A stretch of DNA of 62,807 nucleotides, the filler included, from Phoronis australis (Eukaryota; Animalia; Phoronida), in the NCBI GenBank assembly GCA_002633005.1. It is 5 parts of 5 records of this genome, joined end to end, with 100 filler letters (N's around TTAATTAATTAA, not from the genome) between each part and the next. Parts side by side here need not be neighbours in the genome. Positions count along the whole stretch, not along the records: positions 1 to 26,443 come from NMRA01000698.1; 4 more parts are not named here. One strand, written 5' to 3'. Positions 14,021 through 26,189 of the stretch are shown here, piece after piece. The notes beneath the pieces were generated by a model that ran no database searches, was not told where the DNA came from, and saw nothing but the letters and a program-made list of their open reading frames with translations. The position numbers and the translations under genes were made by a program. Position 1 is the stretch's first letter, and the number at the start of each line of letters is the position of its first letter.

Positions 14021-16309
14021 TAATGAGATTGCAACACAGCATAATTGACTTGCGGCAGAAATACAGATTAATATTATTATTAGCTGATAAAATAAATAAT
14101 TTCTTTAAGACAAAGTACAGCCAACCCAACAAGTATGGGTATCAATGTCCCTTGGCTAATTAATTCACAACACATACCTAAGCTATGCACAAAATACCAT
14201 GGTTCCCCTAATCAACAGCCATTTGAATGTTTTAAAACGTGAAGCTTTGCCCCAGTCACACCATAGATAGTCTATGGTCACACATAACATTAGCAGTTAT
14301 CCCTGCCATCACGTGCGCAGACATCACTAAACTGAACCTGGACAGCCGAATCAAAAGTGTCCAGGGCACGAAGTCAAAACATTGTTCTGAGGATCGCGAG
14401 GAGTACCGACACAGGTTCCACATATACATTTAGGATGGGACGCCCAGATGTGTGGCTTTTTCACGGCCAGATTACCAATGAAACGGTGCCTTTCTGAATA
14501 AATTCCCCGTGAAAGTGGTGTTCATTTGTTGACTCGGAACACCATAGAGGACCCATGTTCGCAACAGAGCTCAACAGAAGGGTTCCATATTTTATTGGCT
14601 AGGGGTTCATTAGTGTGTGTTACAAAGAGAAAACTCCAAAGGCCTGGATTGTTGTTCATTCAATTTTAATTCAATACATAAGACCTCCCAGCAATGGGCC
14701 TCTTCAATTATGTTTATTCTTCAAAAAGGTGGGGTTTCACATAGCCAACAAGCTTAAAATTCTCAGTGGCACACCCAGATAAACATAGTGGAGTATTCTT
14801 CATTTTTGGCAGGTTTGTGAGACAGCCTGCAGCCTCCCAAGGTTTGGTGAAGACATCCATTAACATATCAAGTAGTTACCAGAGACTGAGATCATACTCT
14901 TTATTGTACAGGTATGTTCTCTGCAGAACTCTGACCAGTCTTGATTTAAGCAGCCATAGGGACCCTCAAATGTTGTGATGACGGAAGCAGTTCTATTACT
15001 AGCTCCCCCTCAACTTCGTATAGCTTGATCCAACTAACTTACTTCACAGCAAATGTTGAACTCTAATGTACAGAAATAGATAGCCAAAGATGTGCCCACA
15101 CGAGCAGTTGCCCCAGTGCAAGTTGACCTGGGAACGAGAAGATTGTGTGTAAGTGATGTGTGGAGAAAGACTTTACTGCAGAAAGGACGTTGAGGTACAA
15201 AAGCAATTTATCAACTCCAGCTCGTCTCACAGTCGCTTTCCTTACGTTAGAAGTGTGCAGAGTGACCTCCCTTTTTATCACTCCTGTCTCGACACTGATG
15301 TCAGGTTTGTTACGTAGGTGTTCAACCGCTTACAACCAATTTGTCCCTGGAGGAACATTTACTCAGGCAACCGACTCTGTGAACACAATACACACGAATG
15401 TTCAGCAGTTCATCAGCATACAGTTTATACCCACTAAATGGGATTGATGAAGCACTGCTAGGCATGAATACACCAAATGAAACACTTAATGAAACATCAC
15501 CTGTTTGGTACAAACAAATGTTGCGCCCCAAGTCAAAGCATTCCATGGAACTACTTCTCTGATCATTATATTTATACTACCATTAATATCACCTGCAATG
15601 GAAATTCCAGGTCTGTATGCAAATATCTTGACCTTTGACATAACACTGTCACATGACTGTTTTAAGTGTTTAGTACAATGTCAAAATCATGAAAAGTTAC
15701 ATTTAACAAACATCAATAGACTGATGACAGTGGCATTAAATGGCAAGAAGTTCTTTTCACAGTAAAGTATAATAAACAAATACCAGTCGCAAATATACCA
15801 CGTGTCATTCGTATTGCTACACAGTGCAAGTGAAAACATGAAAATTCTTCAATTTTGGACAAAAAGTATTGTTCAAATTAGTCTGTTTCTCTATTTTTTA
15901 CCTCTTTCTGTGGTCGCAAATACTTATAATTTTTTGTTGCTTAATAGCAACTGTACATCACAAACCGTGACAACAACAAGTTAAAATTTTCCAGTCACTT
16001 CTATTTTATGGTCAAATTTGGCGAAATAAAATTCCACTTTTTACTGTGTCTGGAGTATTACAATTGCAAGTTTTCCAACTGACCAGGGCAATTAAGTGGG
16101 ACAAAAATGACCTTTGGTGCATAACCTCGGTCATATACAGTCGCGTACATGGAAACTAAGCATGAGGTTCTCCTCAACAGGTAAATTCCCAATGCGCAGT
16201 ATCAGATTAGGATCCTGGCATCACAGGAAGAAGAAAAACAATCCTCCTTATTGCATCTGACCTCTGTAAAGGGTAAAGGAAAAATTTTACCATAAACAGT
16301 TTTTCGTAC

Positions 16310-16404
16310 CCGTTATGCGTCACTAGCACTTGTCTCAGGCCCAGTTTCCTGAACATCTCGACGACGGTCTCCATGGGGGTTTGGTCAGTAATAGTAATGG
16401 GGGC
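16310..16404 (-). CDS. CLCN3: CLC-3-like exon, CBS2 ([32 protein letters not shown])
   Basis: ccacag / gtacg; 95 bp, phase 0 to 2. Confidence 0.95.
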
Positions 16405-17459
16405 CTGTGGAGAAATAGAAACAGTTTACCTTTACTTGTATTAATGTTAACAATTGAGTGTTCACATAGCATTTATTGCACTGTGTGCCAACACCATTTT
16501 TAAAACTGCTTTAATAAAACCGGGAGTCCATTTAAATACAAAATACCTGCATTAAAAGACTGACACTACTTTCATGTCGAAAACAACCCCCCCGCGCCGC
16601 CAGTTAGCCATGTGTTTAAACTGGAATACCCATAAAAACAGAACAATTATTATATATCGAGTGCTGTACTATTTTGGAACACCCAACACTGCCTAGTTAA
16701 TTTGTTAAAAGTACATTACGTTTTGCTTAGGTTAAATACAACTATTATCTTGGGACAAAATGTTCACACAAAAGACAATGTCGAATGAATTTTTGATTAC
16801 ATAACATATGTTACTGTCACAAAAATGAGTCACGAAATAAGACAAATTTACACTAGTCTACTTCTTTTCTATGGTTATTTTGAAGTTGGAATAAACTCAA
16901 TTATGGTGTAATACTTGAGTGAGTAAATTGCTTCACACTTATTTGATTTTGCGTTCAAGTGGCCCATTTTAGACTTGCCAAAGTAGCGCAATTGTCAAGT
17001 AATGGCCATTTACATACAATACTGAACTACACGGCGGCAAAAGCAATCGCAACATCGTCACGCCTATGTGAACTATTACCAGCCTGAGGGTGCTTTTTAT
17101 TTTCCAGTAGAGTAACGAAAGGTGAAGAGTTGTATTAGTGACAGCAGAAGAACAAGCAGTGGCAGACGTTATTTTCCACCTATGAAAACATACAACAGGG
17201 GGCACCAATAGAAATATTTGCACGGTTGCTGACTGAGAATACAAGGACCAGGGGTGATTTTACGAGTTTAGCCACATCAAAGATCAGCATTCATTTCGCT
17301 ATAACCCATCTTATTCGCTAAACACGATTCCAGCAAACCAACAAGATGGTGCAAAACAAATAATACTTAAAAAATAAAAGCAGTCTTTACTCATCATGAA
17401 AATGTAGCGAAACTGAAAATTAATAACTTACACAGCTTCACGCAACAAGTAAAACTTAC

Positions 17460-17584
17460 CAAGTCCAAAATTTTCCTCATCTTCAGAGGGGCAGGTCCTC
17501 CCAAAGGTGCCTGACTTGTATAGTGGGTTGTGTAGAAGCATACAGATCCACTGACCACACCGTCTTGACTTTTTGTAGCATTGC
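17460..17584 (-). CDS. CLCN3: CLC-3-like exon (NATKSQDGVVSGSVCFYTTHYTSQAPLGGPAPLKMRKILDL)
   Basis: cttcag / gtaagt; 125 bp, phase 1 to 0. Confidence 0.9.
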
Positions 17585-17984
17585 CTGAAGAGACCGGCAG
17601 GAAACTGTGATTGGGTAGGGTTAGCACTGTGAAGACTGGTCTGTACAGTAAGAGGAAGGAGTAGGCACTCTATAAACTAACTACTACTACACAGAAAGTT
17701 GACCGACACGCTTTCTCTTCCAAGAGTGGTTGGTAAACGTACAGAAAATAGCATTAGGGAAAATAACATATTCAATTTTTAAACTGAATTACTGTTTTTT
17801 GTAACCATAATCCAACTGAAAAACACAACATTATTATGTATGCACCAAATTTTTGGGTTGCGATAAAAATGACCATTAGATGGGCAGGCACAGAACATCG
17901 GATGTGTCCGAAAATGGAAAGGTGTCATGTCCCAAATAGAAAGCCATTTGCTGAATAGCATAAAAATCAGTCATGGATTACAGA

Positions 17985-20110
17985 CTGGAGAGGCAAATGT
18001 AAAAAATAAATTGCCATTAGGAGGCCGAGAGTTAGCCAATCTGCTGTGGTGGTAATAGGAACACACGTGCCAAACTTCGAAAAGAACTTGCAAGAGGGTT
18101 TGGGAGATACAGCCGCAGACGCAAAGAATGCCAATAAAGTTCACCACATCTGAAAATCCACATTTATTTTTTATTTAGTCAATGCTGTTGTCAGTAAGAA
18201 TATATGACTGCCAATTTTCATAATGCCCTTCTGACAGGTTTGGTGTACACAGAGGCAGAGGATTGGAAAATTCTAAAAATGGCAAACAAGTAGGCGCACG
18301 GAATACGTCGAATCGATTAAACAAGAGCAACGCAGAGCGTTGAAATGCGCCCACAATTGCACCGCATACGGTATCCTTCTAGGGTTGTTTATTGGTACCA
18401 TAAAGAGGCCAGTAGAGGGCATATATGTAGTATGTTGTACTTTGCAAAATGGAAAGGCATGGTCATTGTCTCCTCAATAGGCTAAGGGCAAAATGTGAGT
18501 GATCTTCATAATACCAGCACATCCTAGGCATCAGTTGCTTAAAGCACCACAGAAACATAGAATTAAAAACAAATTTACCAACATACGAGATTAGCACAGC
18601 ATTAGAATGCCAGAAACAAATTTCTACTTGGAACTTTTCCTTCATAGTCACGAAGTAACNNNNNNNNNNNNNNNNNNNNNNNNNNNNNNNNNNNNNNNNN
18701 NNNNNNNNNNNNAATTTTCACAATCATACTTATAGCGGTTTGGTTGATAGAGGGGTGGACGCCAAAAAACAGACTCAAAAACAGTAAAAATGGCCACTGG
18801 GTGTCGCAAACTACGTCGAATCCATCCGAAAACGGGAGGATAGCGTCATCGCACTAATAGGTGCCTACATACCAAATTTCATGAAAATCCGTTAAGGACT
18901 TGTGAAGATACAGAGGTAAACGTAAAAAAATAAAATTGCCACTAGGGGGAACACTGGTAGGCGGATCCGTCCAAAAGTCGTCATCGTCTGTTTTTAACAT
19001 AATATAAATACACTTATTAAATTTCGTAAAGATCCTGCGAGCGGTTTAGGAGATACAGCCATAGGCGCAAAAAAAAAACAAAAAAACTGCCACTAGGAGG
19101 CGCCACAGTAGTCCAAATCGTCTGAAAATCATCGTCAACCGTCCTCTACATAGTAAGCATATACATGCCAATTTTCACAATCATCCTTCAAGCGGTTTGG
19201 TTGATAGAGGGGTGGATGCACAAAAACAGACTCGAAAACACTAAAAATGGCCACTAGGTGGCGCAAACTATGTCGAATCCATCTGAAAACGGCAGGATAG
19301 CGTCAACTCACTAATAGGTGCCTACATACCAAATTTCATGAAAATCCATTCAGGACTTTTGAAGATACAAAGGTAAGCGTATAAAACTAAAATTGCCACT
19401 AGGGGCACACCGGTTGTCGGATCCATCCGAAAGTTCGCACATGCCATCCCATTCATAAATGGAACATATGTGCCAAATTTCATGAACATATGTCAAAGGG
19501 TTTTGGAGATAGAGCAGCGGATGCCGGACGCCGGACGCCGGACGCCGGACGCCGCCCGTACGGACGGACGGAGATGACGGCATAATGCGTCCACATATAA
19601 ATATGTGGGCGCATAAAAAGGGAAAGCTGCTGTCGTGTCAAAATCATAATAAAAACTTATCTGCCAAATGTCATTACAAACCGACAAAGAACTCTGAAGA
19701 TAAAGAAACAAAGTTAACGTAAAATCTAAAACTACCACTTGGGGTACAGCGTTAGTCAGTCATTCAAAAGTCGTGAACAGCCATAGTCACGCTTATCGTC
19801 GGATTATTACACTTGCAAAATTTCCCAAAGATCCTGCTAAGGATTAAGGAGAAACAGTCAAGGATGCAAAAAAGACAAAATCATCACCAAGGGGTTCTAA
19901 AGTTGTCAGACCCATTCAGAAATCAACGTCAGCCACAGTCTCCTCATCAGGAACACATCTGCCAATTTTTTTTAAATGATTTATAGTATTTGCCAAACTT
20001 CACGAAAATTTGTCCAAAGGTACAGAGGCAAACCAAGGAGATACAGTAGTGAATACCGAACGGGCGCACAGAAATGACGACAATGTGCACTCATATATAA
20101 GGGTGCATAA
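17985..20110 (-). mobile_element. Older degenerate Helentron-associated (HINE-like) element, split by a younger copy
   Basis: Diverged GCCAYTAGG-core units at 17985-18316 and 19620-20110, with a decayed terminus near 20082-20110 (ATGTGCACTCATATATAAGGGTGCATAA). Confidence 0.55.
18321..19619 (-). mobile_element. Helentron-associated non-autonomous element (HINE/DINE-1-like) with internal tandem array
   Basis: SubTIR ATGCGCCCACA at both ends, terminal stem-loop CAACGC-AGA-GCGTTG (18328-18342), hairpin ATGCGTCCACATAT/ATATGTGGGCGCAT, (GACG)n microsatellite, ~150-bp GCCACTAGG-core units, A/T-run flanks. N gap at 18660-18712. Confidence 0.8.
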
Positions 20111-20216
20111 CACACAATGTGCCAGTACAGAAAATGGAAAAGGCACACAAAGTTCAGTTATTGTTTACAGAGCATATTTAGCGTAAAATGTATTCAAGCA
20201 ATAAATACAATCTTAC

Positions 20217-20324
20217 TGATGACCAAGTTGAGATCTCTGCGAAGAACAAAACCAATCAGATACTGTGACTCCTTGGACACAACCACCGGGATTCCATTAT
20301 GATCTGTATCTTGCAGAATTTGCT
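20217..20324 (-). CDS. CLCN3: CLC-3-like exon, CBS1 ([36 protein letters not shown])
   Basis: tttcag / gtaaga; 108 bp, phase 1 to 1. Confidence 0.92.
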
Positions 20325-21241
20325 CTGAAATAAAAAATTAAAATGCATGTTAATGATTTTGCCGTAAGCCATACTGTGCAGTCGTAGTCTTAAGTTTGAT
20401 AGTTGTAATCAAGTGGTGCTGGTGCATTACCATAATATGCTAAAAAAAATAAAATTAAAAAAAATATCAACCAGAATTCGGCAAGACATACACAAAGACA
20501 GATATCAAGCACACACACACACAAGCACACACACGAGCACACACACATCGGGGTCTATACAGTATCAACTGATCACTCAATCCTGAAACATAGGGACCCA
20601 TCCGTCACCAAATCTGGTGTAGCCAGTTTCTACAGAAAATGTGTTTTTCAAGCATAAAATACACGGATTTAGAATTTCAAGCAATAGTAGACATTAAGCT
20701 ATTCTCAGACAGTAGATATGATATTTACCCAAACTATCATGACGTCATTATTCTAGGTTCTGAAAATTTTACAAAAAGAACTTAGTAACTGCATATTCAA
20801 GTAAAATTCAGACACACTTTACTTGACCATAGCGACAGTGCTGACCAGAAATGAAAGACAGCACGGTACCACCAGTAAAGATACAATGAATGTGTCTTCT
20901 GGTTCTTGTCCATAAAATGTGCGTAACTGTGAACTATGGACTCCAAATTTAAAACAAAAACATATTTAACGTAAAATAAAAGTTAGGGCGATTTTGTCAA
21001 CATAACCTTCAGTCTTTTTCTGACAAGTTCCTTTTGATGAAAGAACTTTACCATGGGTATGTGTGTGTGCATGAACGTGCGCACGTACATGTACACTTGC
21101 AAATGTGAACACGTGCGTGAGTGCACGTGAGTGTGCCTGTGTCCACTGCCTATTGTGTATTGCTACGGTGTTTTCAATGAATGAATGTACTGTACGATGA
21201 AACACCATCATCACTACAAGTGTAGAATGAATGTGTCTTAC

Positions 21242-21300
21242 CTATATCCTCCACAGTCATAGTGTCCTGTGTAATAACACAAAGTGGCGAGTCGTTCCGT
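21242..21300 (-). CDS. CLCN3: CLC-3-like exon (RNDSPLCVITQDTMTVEDI)
   Basis: ttgtag / gtaaga; 59 bp, phase 2 to 1. Confidence 0.9.
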
Positions 21301-22049
21301 CTACAATCATAGTGAGAAAATACAACACTCTTTGAACCGAGATGAAATGTTATCAATGGCTACAAATTTTACCAGTTATGATCAAAATCATGAAGGTTTG
21401 CGAGCAATTTTTTATCAATTTCTTTGAAAACTACTTTTAAATTAATAAAAAAATCTAAAATATTACGCAATCAAGACAGAGAAGGTTCCTCAAAGGCACA
21501 GACATGGAATTTTCTATGTATTACACATAAAACGTATATGGACCAAAACTGCTTTGTGCCCACAAACTCTCAATATGGTGATCTTTGTGACTGTGTAAAT
21601 GATGGTCTAGACACAGACACCATTCTGCTTATCTACAGTCCCAGAACTCAGTATATTTCGGTAGCAGTCCCTTGTTTACACAAACTTCATTGAAAACACA
21701 ATTAAACCTTTTGTTTGAAAGCTTGATACAGAGTCGCTCGTGGAAAGGAGATTATTTCGACAGTGTACCATGCTTTCAAACAAAAAGTTTAGTCGCGTTT
21801 TCATCGAAGTCCCAGAACTGGCTAAAATTCTTTAGACAAGCGCCCTCGCTGATATCTTCATCCCCGACAAGCAGTTATTTGGTAACAAAAAAGCTGGACT
21901 ACCCACACACCATCAACTCAAACTCTGCTGGTGTTCGTAGTCCGGCAATGATGTCAAAGAACCATTCAATAGCTATCTGTGGAACTCTGTCCTTATTACC
22001 ATTGCGTTTACCTTTAAGAGCTTCATACCAATTCAACCAAACTAAATAC

Positions 22050-22145
22050 GTTGGCCTCATCACATCGGCCGCTATCGTAGTATGCGTGAACTCTTCCTTG
22101 CGGTCCAGGAATGGATAACCGTTGAGATGAATGTGTGCATCGTAT
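22050..22145 (-). CDS. CLCN3: CLC-3-like exon ([31 protein letters not shown])
   Basis: Helix R and start of CBS1; 96 bp; weak donor AC|gtattt. Confidence 0.92.
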
Positions 22146-22539
22146 CTATAGCAACCGGTCAAGGCTTTGCAACACACAAGTTGTAAGTGTGATAAGGGAT
22201 CGTCTGAGCAGTTATTGATATTTTAAAAACGAATAACAGAGCATTCATTTTCGCAAACCGTCTACTTCCACCATACAGAAACTACCAAAATGAAAAACTT
22301 TCATGATTTCTCTATAACTAATTTCCTTCAAGATTTTGAAATCTTTTAAAAGAAACCATCGACCCTTAACCCTTCCTCCCCAGCAGCAGCTTTGTACGCT
22401 TTCGAATTAAATAAAAGACAAAGAGCAATGACTAAGAATGATGTAACACTAATGTATCTGTGAAATTTCAAGCAAGGTGATTGCAGAAGAAAAATAAATT
22501 AAATGTACTGCGCTACACACACAGCAGCATTAAGGATAC
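22146..22539 (-). other. U12-type (minor spliceosome) GT-AG intron
   Basis: 5' site GTATCCTTA; branch site CCTTGAC (22158-22164) 12 nt from the 3' end; no polypyrimidine tract. Splicing gives GGC AT|A TAC = G-I-Y. Confidence 0.85.
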
Positions 22540-22565
22540 ATGCCTTCTTTGCCGAACGCGTCACC
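22540..22565 (-). CDS. CLCN3: Truncated CLC exon remnant (GDAFGKEGI)
   Basis: GGTGACGCGTTCGGCAAAGAAGGCAT followed by the U12 donor GTATCCTT. In-frame stops (TAG, TGA) lie immediately upstream and there is no usable acceptor. Confidence 0.85.
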
Positions 22566-22851
22566 ACAAATTCACTAATACGTGGAGCATGTGCTCAAAT
22601 CCGACATGTCAGTGACATTGGCCTCATCTTCCTACCCCCCCCTGGCTGCTGACATGCTGTCGGTCTTACAAAATTGCACTTGGTTACAGTCTAATGAACT
22701 GGACTTTGGATAACCAAAAGTTTATTTTTAGAGTAGTGAGGTAGCAGCACCAGCAGCAGTAACATAACACAGCTGGGTCAACCAGTGACAAGACAATTGA
22801 AATGTGGCCACCACGTCTGCCGAAGTACTGCCAACAACTCCCAACGATTAC

Positions 22852-22973
22852 CTGTCATTTTAGTGACACCTCCCAGGGCCGCGGCCGCCCCCACCATGGC
22901 ATACAGACCAGGTGTGACGCATGTCTGACCCTCCAGACACATGTCTCGAAACACTACATTGTCTCTGTTAGCC
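22852..22973 (-). CDS. CLCN3: CLC-3-like exon ([40 protein letters not shown])
   Basis: ttttag / gtaatc; 122 bp, phase 2 to 1. Confidence 0.95.
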
Positions 22974-23583
22974 CTAAAACAAACACAACATCCGTTACAC
23001 ATTTCTGATCCTCAGGACACACTTCAAAACAGCATGCATCCCAGCCCACTGTCGCAGCTACAATATCTGAACATCAAGACACTCTACGGTGTTACTAATC
23101 CCTCTTACTAGTCCATTTATTCTTTTTACTATCTACTAAACAAAATTTGTTGGAACACAAAACAAGAATGTTCGTGATAAACAATTTTCAATGATATTGG
23201 TTCAAGCTCTCTGTATCTTGAAGGTTGCAACGCATTAACAAGGCAGACAGACAAGAGAAAGAAAACATGAAATGACAGCAGCTGTGTTTTGAGACTGCTC
23301 TTGTCTCATCCTCAGACATAAATAAAATAAAATAATGTGAACATTGTTGTGTGCTCAACAAATTTTGCCTACAGGAGGGGCTACTGCCAAATTGTTCTTT
23401 TTCCCTCTAAACACATGTCTGAGAACACCATGTAGTCTTTATAAGCAACGAAACATACTCACCGTTTGGTAACATTTAATCCTTGAAATACTAGACATTT
23501 TTGTGTAAATATTATAATCAAAGGAAGCCCCAGTCATTCTTTAGACCAAAAACGCCAGGGTCCCTTAAGTTTATAAAAATCTG

Positions 23584-23832
23584 GGACCTGTTGCAAGAAA
23601 CTGACTTACGTTTTGACTTAAGTCTAAGATTTGTCTCTGTTTCCAAACTTTAAAACTTCCACATCTGATAAGATAATCAAAATTTAGACGAAGCTTCAGT
23701 CAAAAGCTCAAGTCAAACCTAAGATCTCTTTCTTTAAAGTTTAACGGACTTGAGACAAATTTAGGTTTTATCTTAAAATTGGCCAAAATCTAAGATTTGT
23801 CTTAGCTAAGTCAGTTTTCTTGGAACGGGCCC
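23584..23832. mobile_element. PIF/Harbinger-like MITE, copy 2
   Basis: TIR GGACCTGTTGCAAGAAACTGAC ... GTCAGTTTTCTTGGAACGGGCCC with a 3-bp CTG duplication (23581-83, 23833-35). Confidence 0.65.
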
Positions 23833-23875
23833 CTGATTTTAAAAGATGCACATTGAAGAGACAATGAATGCTTAC

Positions 23876-23961
23876 CAAGCCAACTGCTCCATCCCAATGC
23901 CCAACATCCGACCCATGATAGCACCAACAGCCAAGCTTGGAATAAACAAACCGGCTGGCAC
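23876..23961 (-). CDS. CLCN3: CLC-3-like exon ([29 protein letters not shown])
   Basis: GxFxP selectivity-filter motif; cttcag / gtaagc; 86 bp. Confidence 0.95.
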
Positions 23962-24740
23962 CTGAAGACAAACGAGTACAGGAAATCCAATACGGGTAAA
24001 GCCAGTATAGGAAACTAAGGGCTACTTGTTTGTGACCGAAAAGAACAAGGAACATTTACTAAGGCAATAGAAATACCATGTGTTGTGTTTCTTCAAGAAG
24101 CAGTAACTGTCTTACTTCAATCAGGGATCCACACATGATCATTTTATCAGGCTAACATGCTCTGATACGGTAACTGCATTTCACTTGAATTTGTGATCTT
24201 GTATGGCCTTGCTAAACCTGCAAAATGCCAGCCTCAGTGAACACAACACTGAATTATTAACAGTAAAACCTTTTATGGTTGAAAAGCAGCTAGATACCAT
24301 GAATTGTAAGCAACTGCTGCAGGCAGTTATTACATACTAGTTACCTGCGAATTTCAAAAAGATGGACATAAAGCAGTTCATGCTGGCTACACCCCAGCTG
24401 AGCTAAACAACAGGGGAGGGTGAAAGGGGAATGGTGGGACTAGGGAGACGGGGTGAAGTAGAGAGGGAGGGAGGTAAGGGAGCAAGCACACTCAGGTGGA
24501 TGGNNNNNNNNNNNNNNNNNNNNNNNNNNNNNNNNNNNNNNNNNNNNNNNNNNNNNNNNNNNNNNNNNNNNNNNNNNNNNNNNNNNNNNNNNNNNNNNNN
24601 NNNNNNNNNNNNNNNNNNNNNNNNNNNNNNNNNNNNNNNNNNNNNNNNNNNNNNNNNNNNNNNNNNNNNNNNNNNNNNNNNNNNNNNNNNNNNNNNNNNN
24701 NNNNNNNNNNNNNNNNNNNNNNNNNNNNNNNNNNNNNNNN

Positions 24741-24915
24741 NAGGGGTGGGAAATGAGGGAGGAGGGTAGGGGTGGGGAGTGAGAGAGGAGAGTAGGGGTC
24801 GGGAATAAGTGAGGAGGGTAGGGGTGGGGAATGAGTGAGGAGGGTAGGGGTGGGAAATGAGGGAGGAGGGTAGGGGTGAGGAATGAGGGAGCCAGGGGTG
24901 GAGGGGAAGAGAGGA
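24741..24915. repeat. G-rich ~30-bp tandem repeat beside an assembly gap
   Basis: Repeated GAGGAGGGTAGGGGTGGGAAATGAG; N gap at 24504-24740. Confidence 0.7.
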
Positions 24916-24988
24916 GAAGAAAGAGAAAGGAAGGGATCAGAGATTCATACACTTAGATTTTAGGATACTGCAGTGAGGAGTTAGTTAC

Positions 24989-25130
24989 CTTAATTCCAAA
25001 GGTAAATACTGTTATCACCATCTTGAAGACGACGGCCAGAGCCAACTGCTAGAGAGCAGAGAACAACTCTGGCTCAGGAAAGGCCGACTGTACATCGTGA
25101 TTCACATTCTCAAATGTTCTGTTGTATCTA
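24989..25130 (-). CDS. CLCN3: CLC-3-like exon (RYNRTFENVNHDVQSAFPEPELFSAL*QLALAVVFKMVITVFTFGIK) with in-frame TAG
   Basis: ttgcag acceptor, gtaact donor, 142 bp, phase 2 to 0. The stop lies where CLC-3 has Trp (SAIWQL). Confidence 0.9.
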
Positions 25131-26189
25131 CTGCAATGTAAATAGTATGGTTGGCATGCAAAAGGCAGTCGATTATGAGACATATACAACACCAGCTTAC
25201 CAAAAATGAAATCCATACATATCTCTTATAAGTTATTATTAGCAACTGATTTCCCACTATGACACGAATTAAAAGGGCATTTCTAAAGTGCTCATTCACC
25301 GCATAACATAGAAGTCCTGAAACAGTCTGATTCTGTGGTCTCAAAATGTTCTTTACAGTCACAATTATAGCAAACTGGTTTCTACGACCAAAACCAACAT
25401 GGTTGACACCAGTAATGGATATACAGCATCCCACATGGGCGGCGCAGCCCTGAAATAAATGAGGGGCAATAGCCCCCCTCCCGTCCCCTATGGTGCGCCT
25501 CTCATGCCTCAGTTATGGAACAGCGGGCTCAACCAGAAGCAAATCAGTGGCATTTCAACAGTCCTTTAAATCCTGACCTCAGTTTGGGGATTAAAGTCAT
25601 TTTCTAACAAAGCATGGGGGAATGGTGAGACATATTTTGTGTGGAAGACTAACCTGCTGAAGTGAAGGAAATGTCCCTTATCAGCAAAAGGCAACTACTA
25701 AGCTGCACACTCTGTTTTTCTGTACCAATTAACAACAACATGGGTACTACGTGACATTGCTTATACCCCGATACCCCGGGAATTCTCTTAAAAATAATGG
25801 ATGGCGAGGGGGTGATGCAATACATTCACAATAGGAGCAAAACACATAGCTAAGACATTGCCAAGTGATGAACAATCCTACCAGAATCAATACAAAGACT
25901 CAGTATGACAGCTATTCTGATCTCCAGCGATGACATATCTGCCATTATTAAAAAGGAGTGTCACAACTCATTTTCAAAACACTTTGCACGTCTTGGATAT
26001 TGTTTTCAGACTCAGATAACCACGGAGGCAATTTAGCACATTTTTACAATATCAAATCATGTGTTTGCAGCAGGATCACAAAGTAAGAGCAAGCCGAAAT
26101 AAATTTGGAACTGGTGAGAGATAACTGGGGAGGGGGGGACTTGTCACATTCTCTCAACTGAAGCAACAGTCGTGTGGTAGAGTCCTTAC

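Noticed and set aside
15230-15290. GVIKREVTLH on the minus strand as the missing CLC GIITKKDVLRH exon
   Set aside because: Similarity is weak and there is no suitable acceptor; probably chance.
22600-22800. Two TGTCACTG 8-mers on the minus strand resembling the start (V-S-L) of the missing CLC exon
   Set aside because: Neither has an AG acceptor or continues as VVIMFELTG; consistent with chance.
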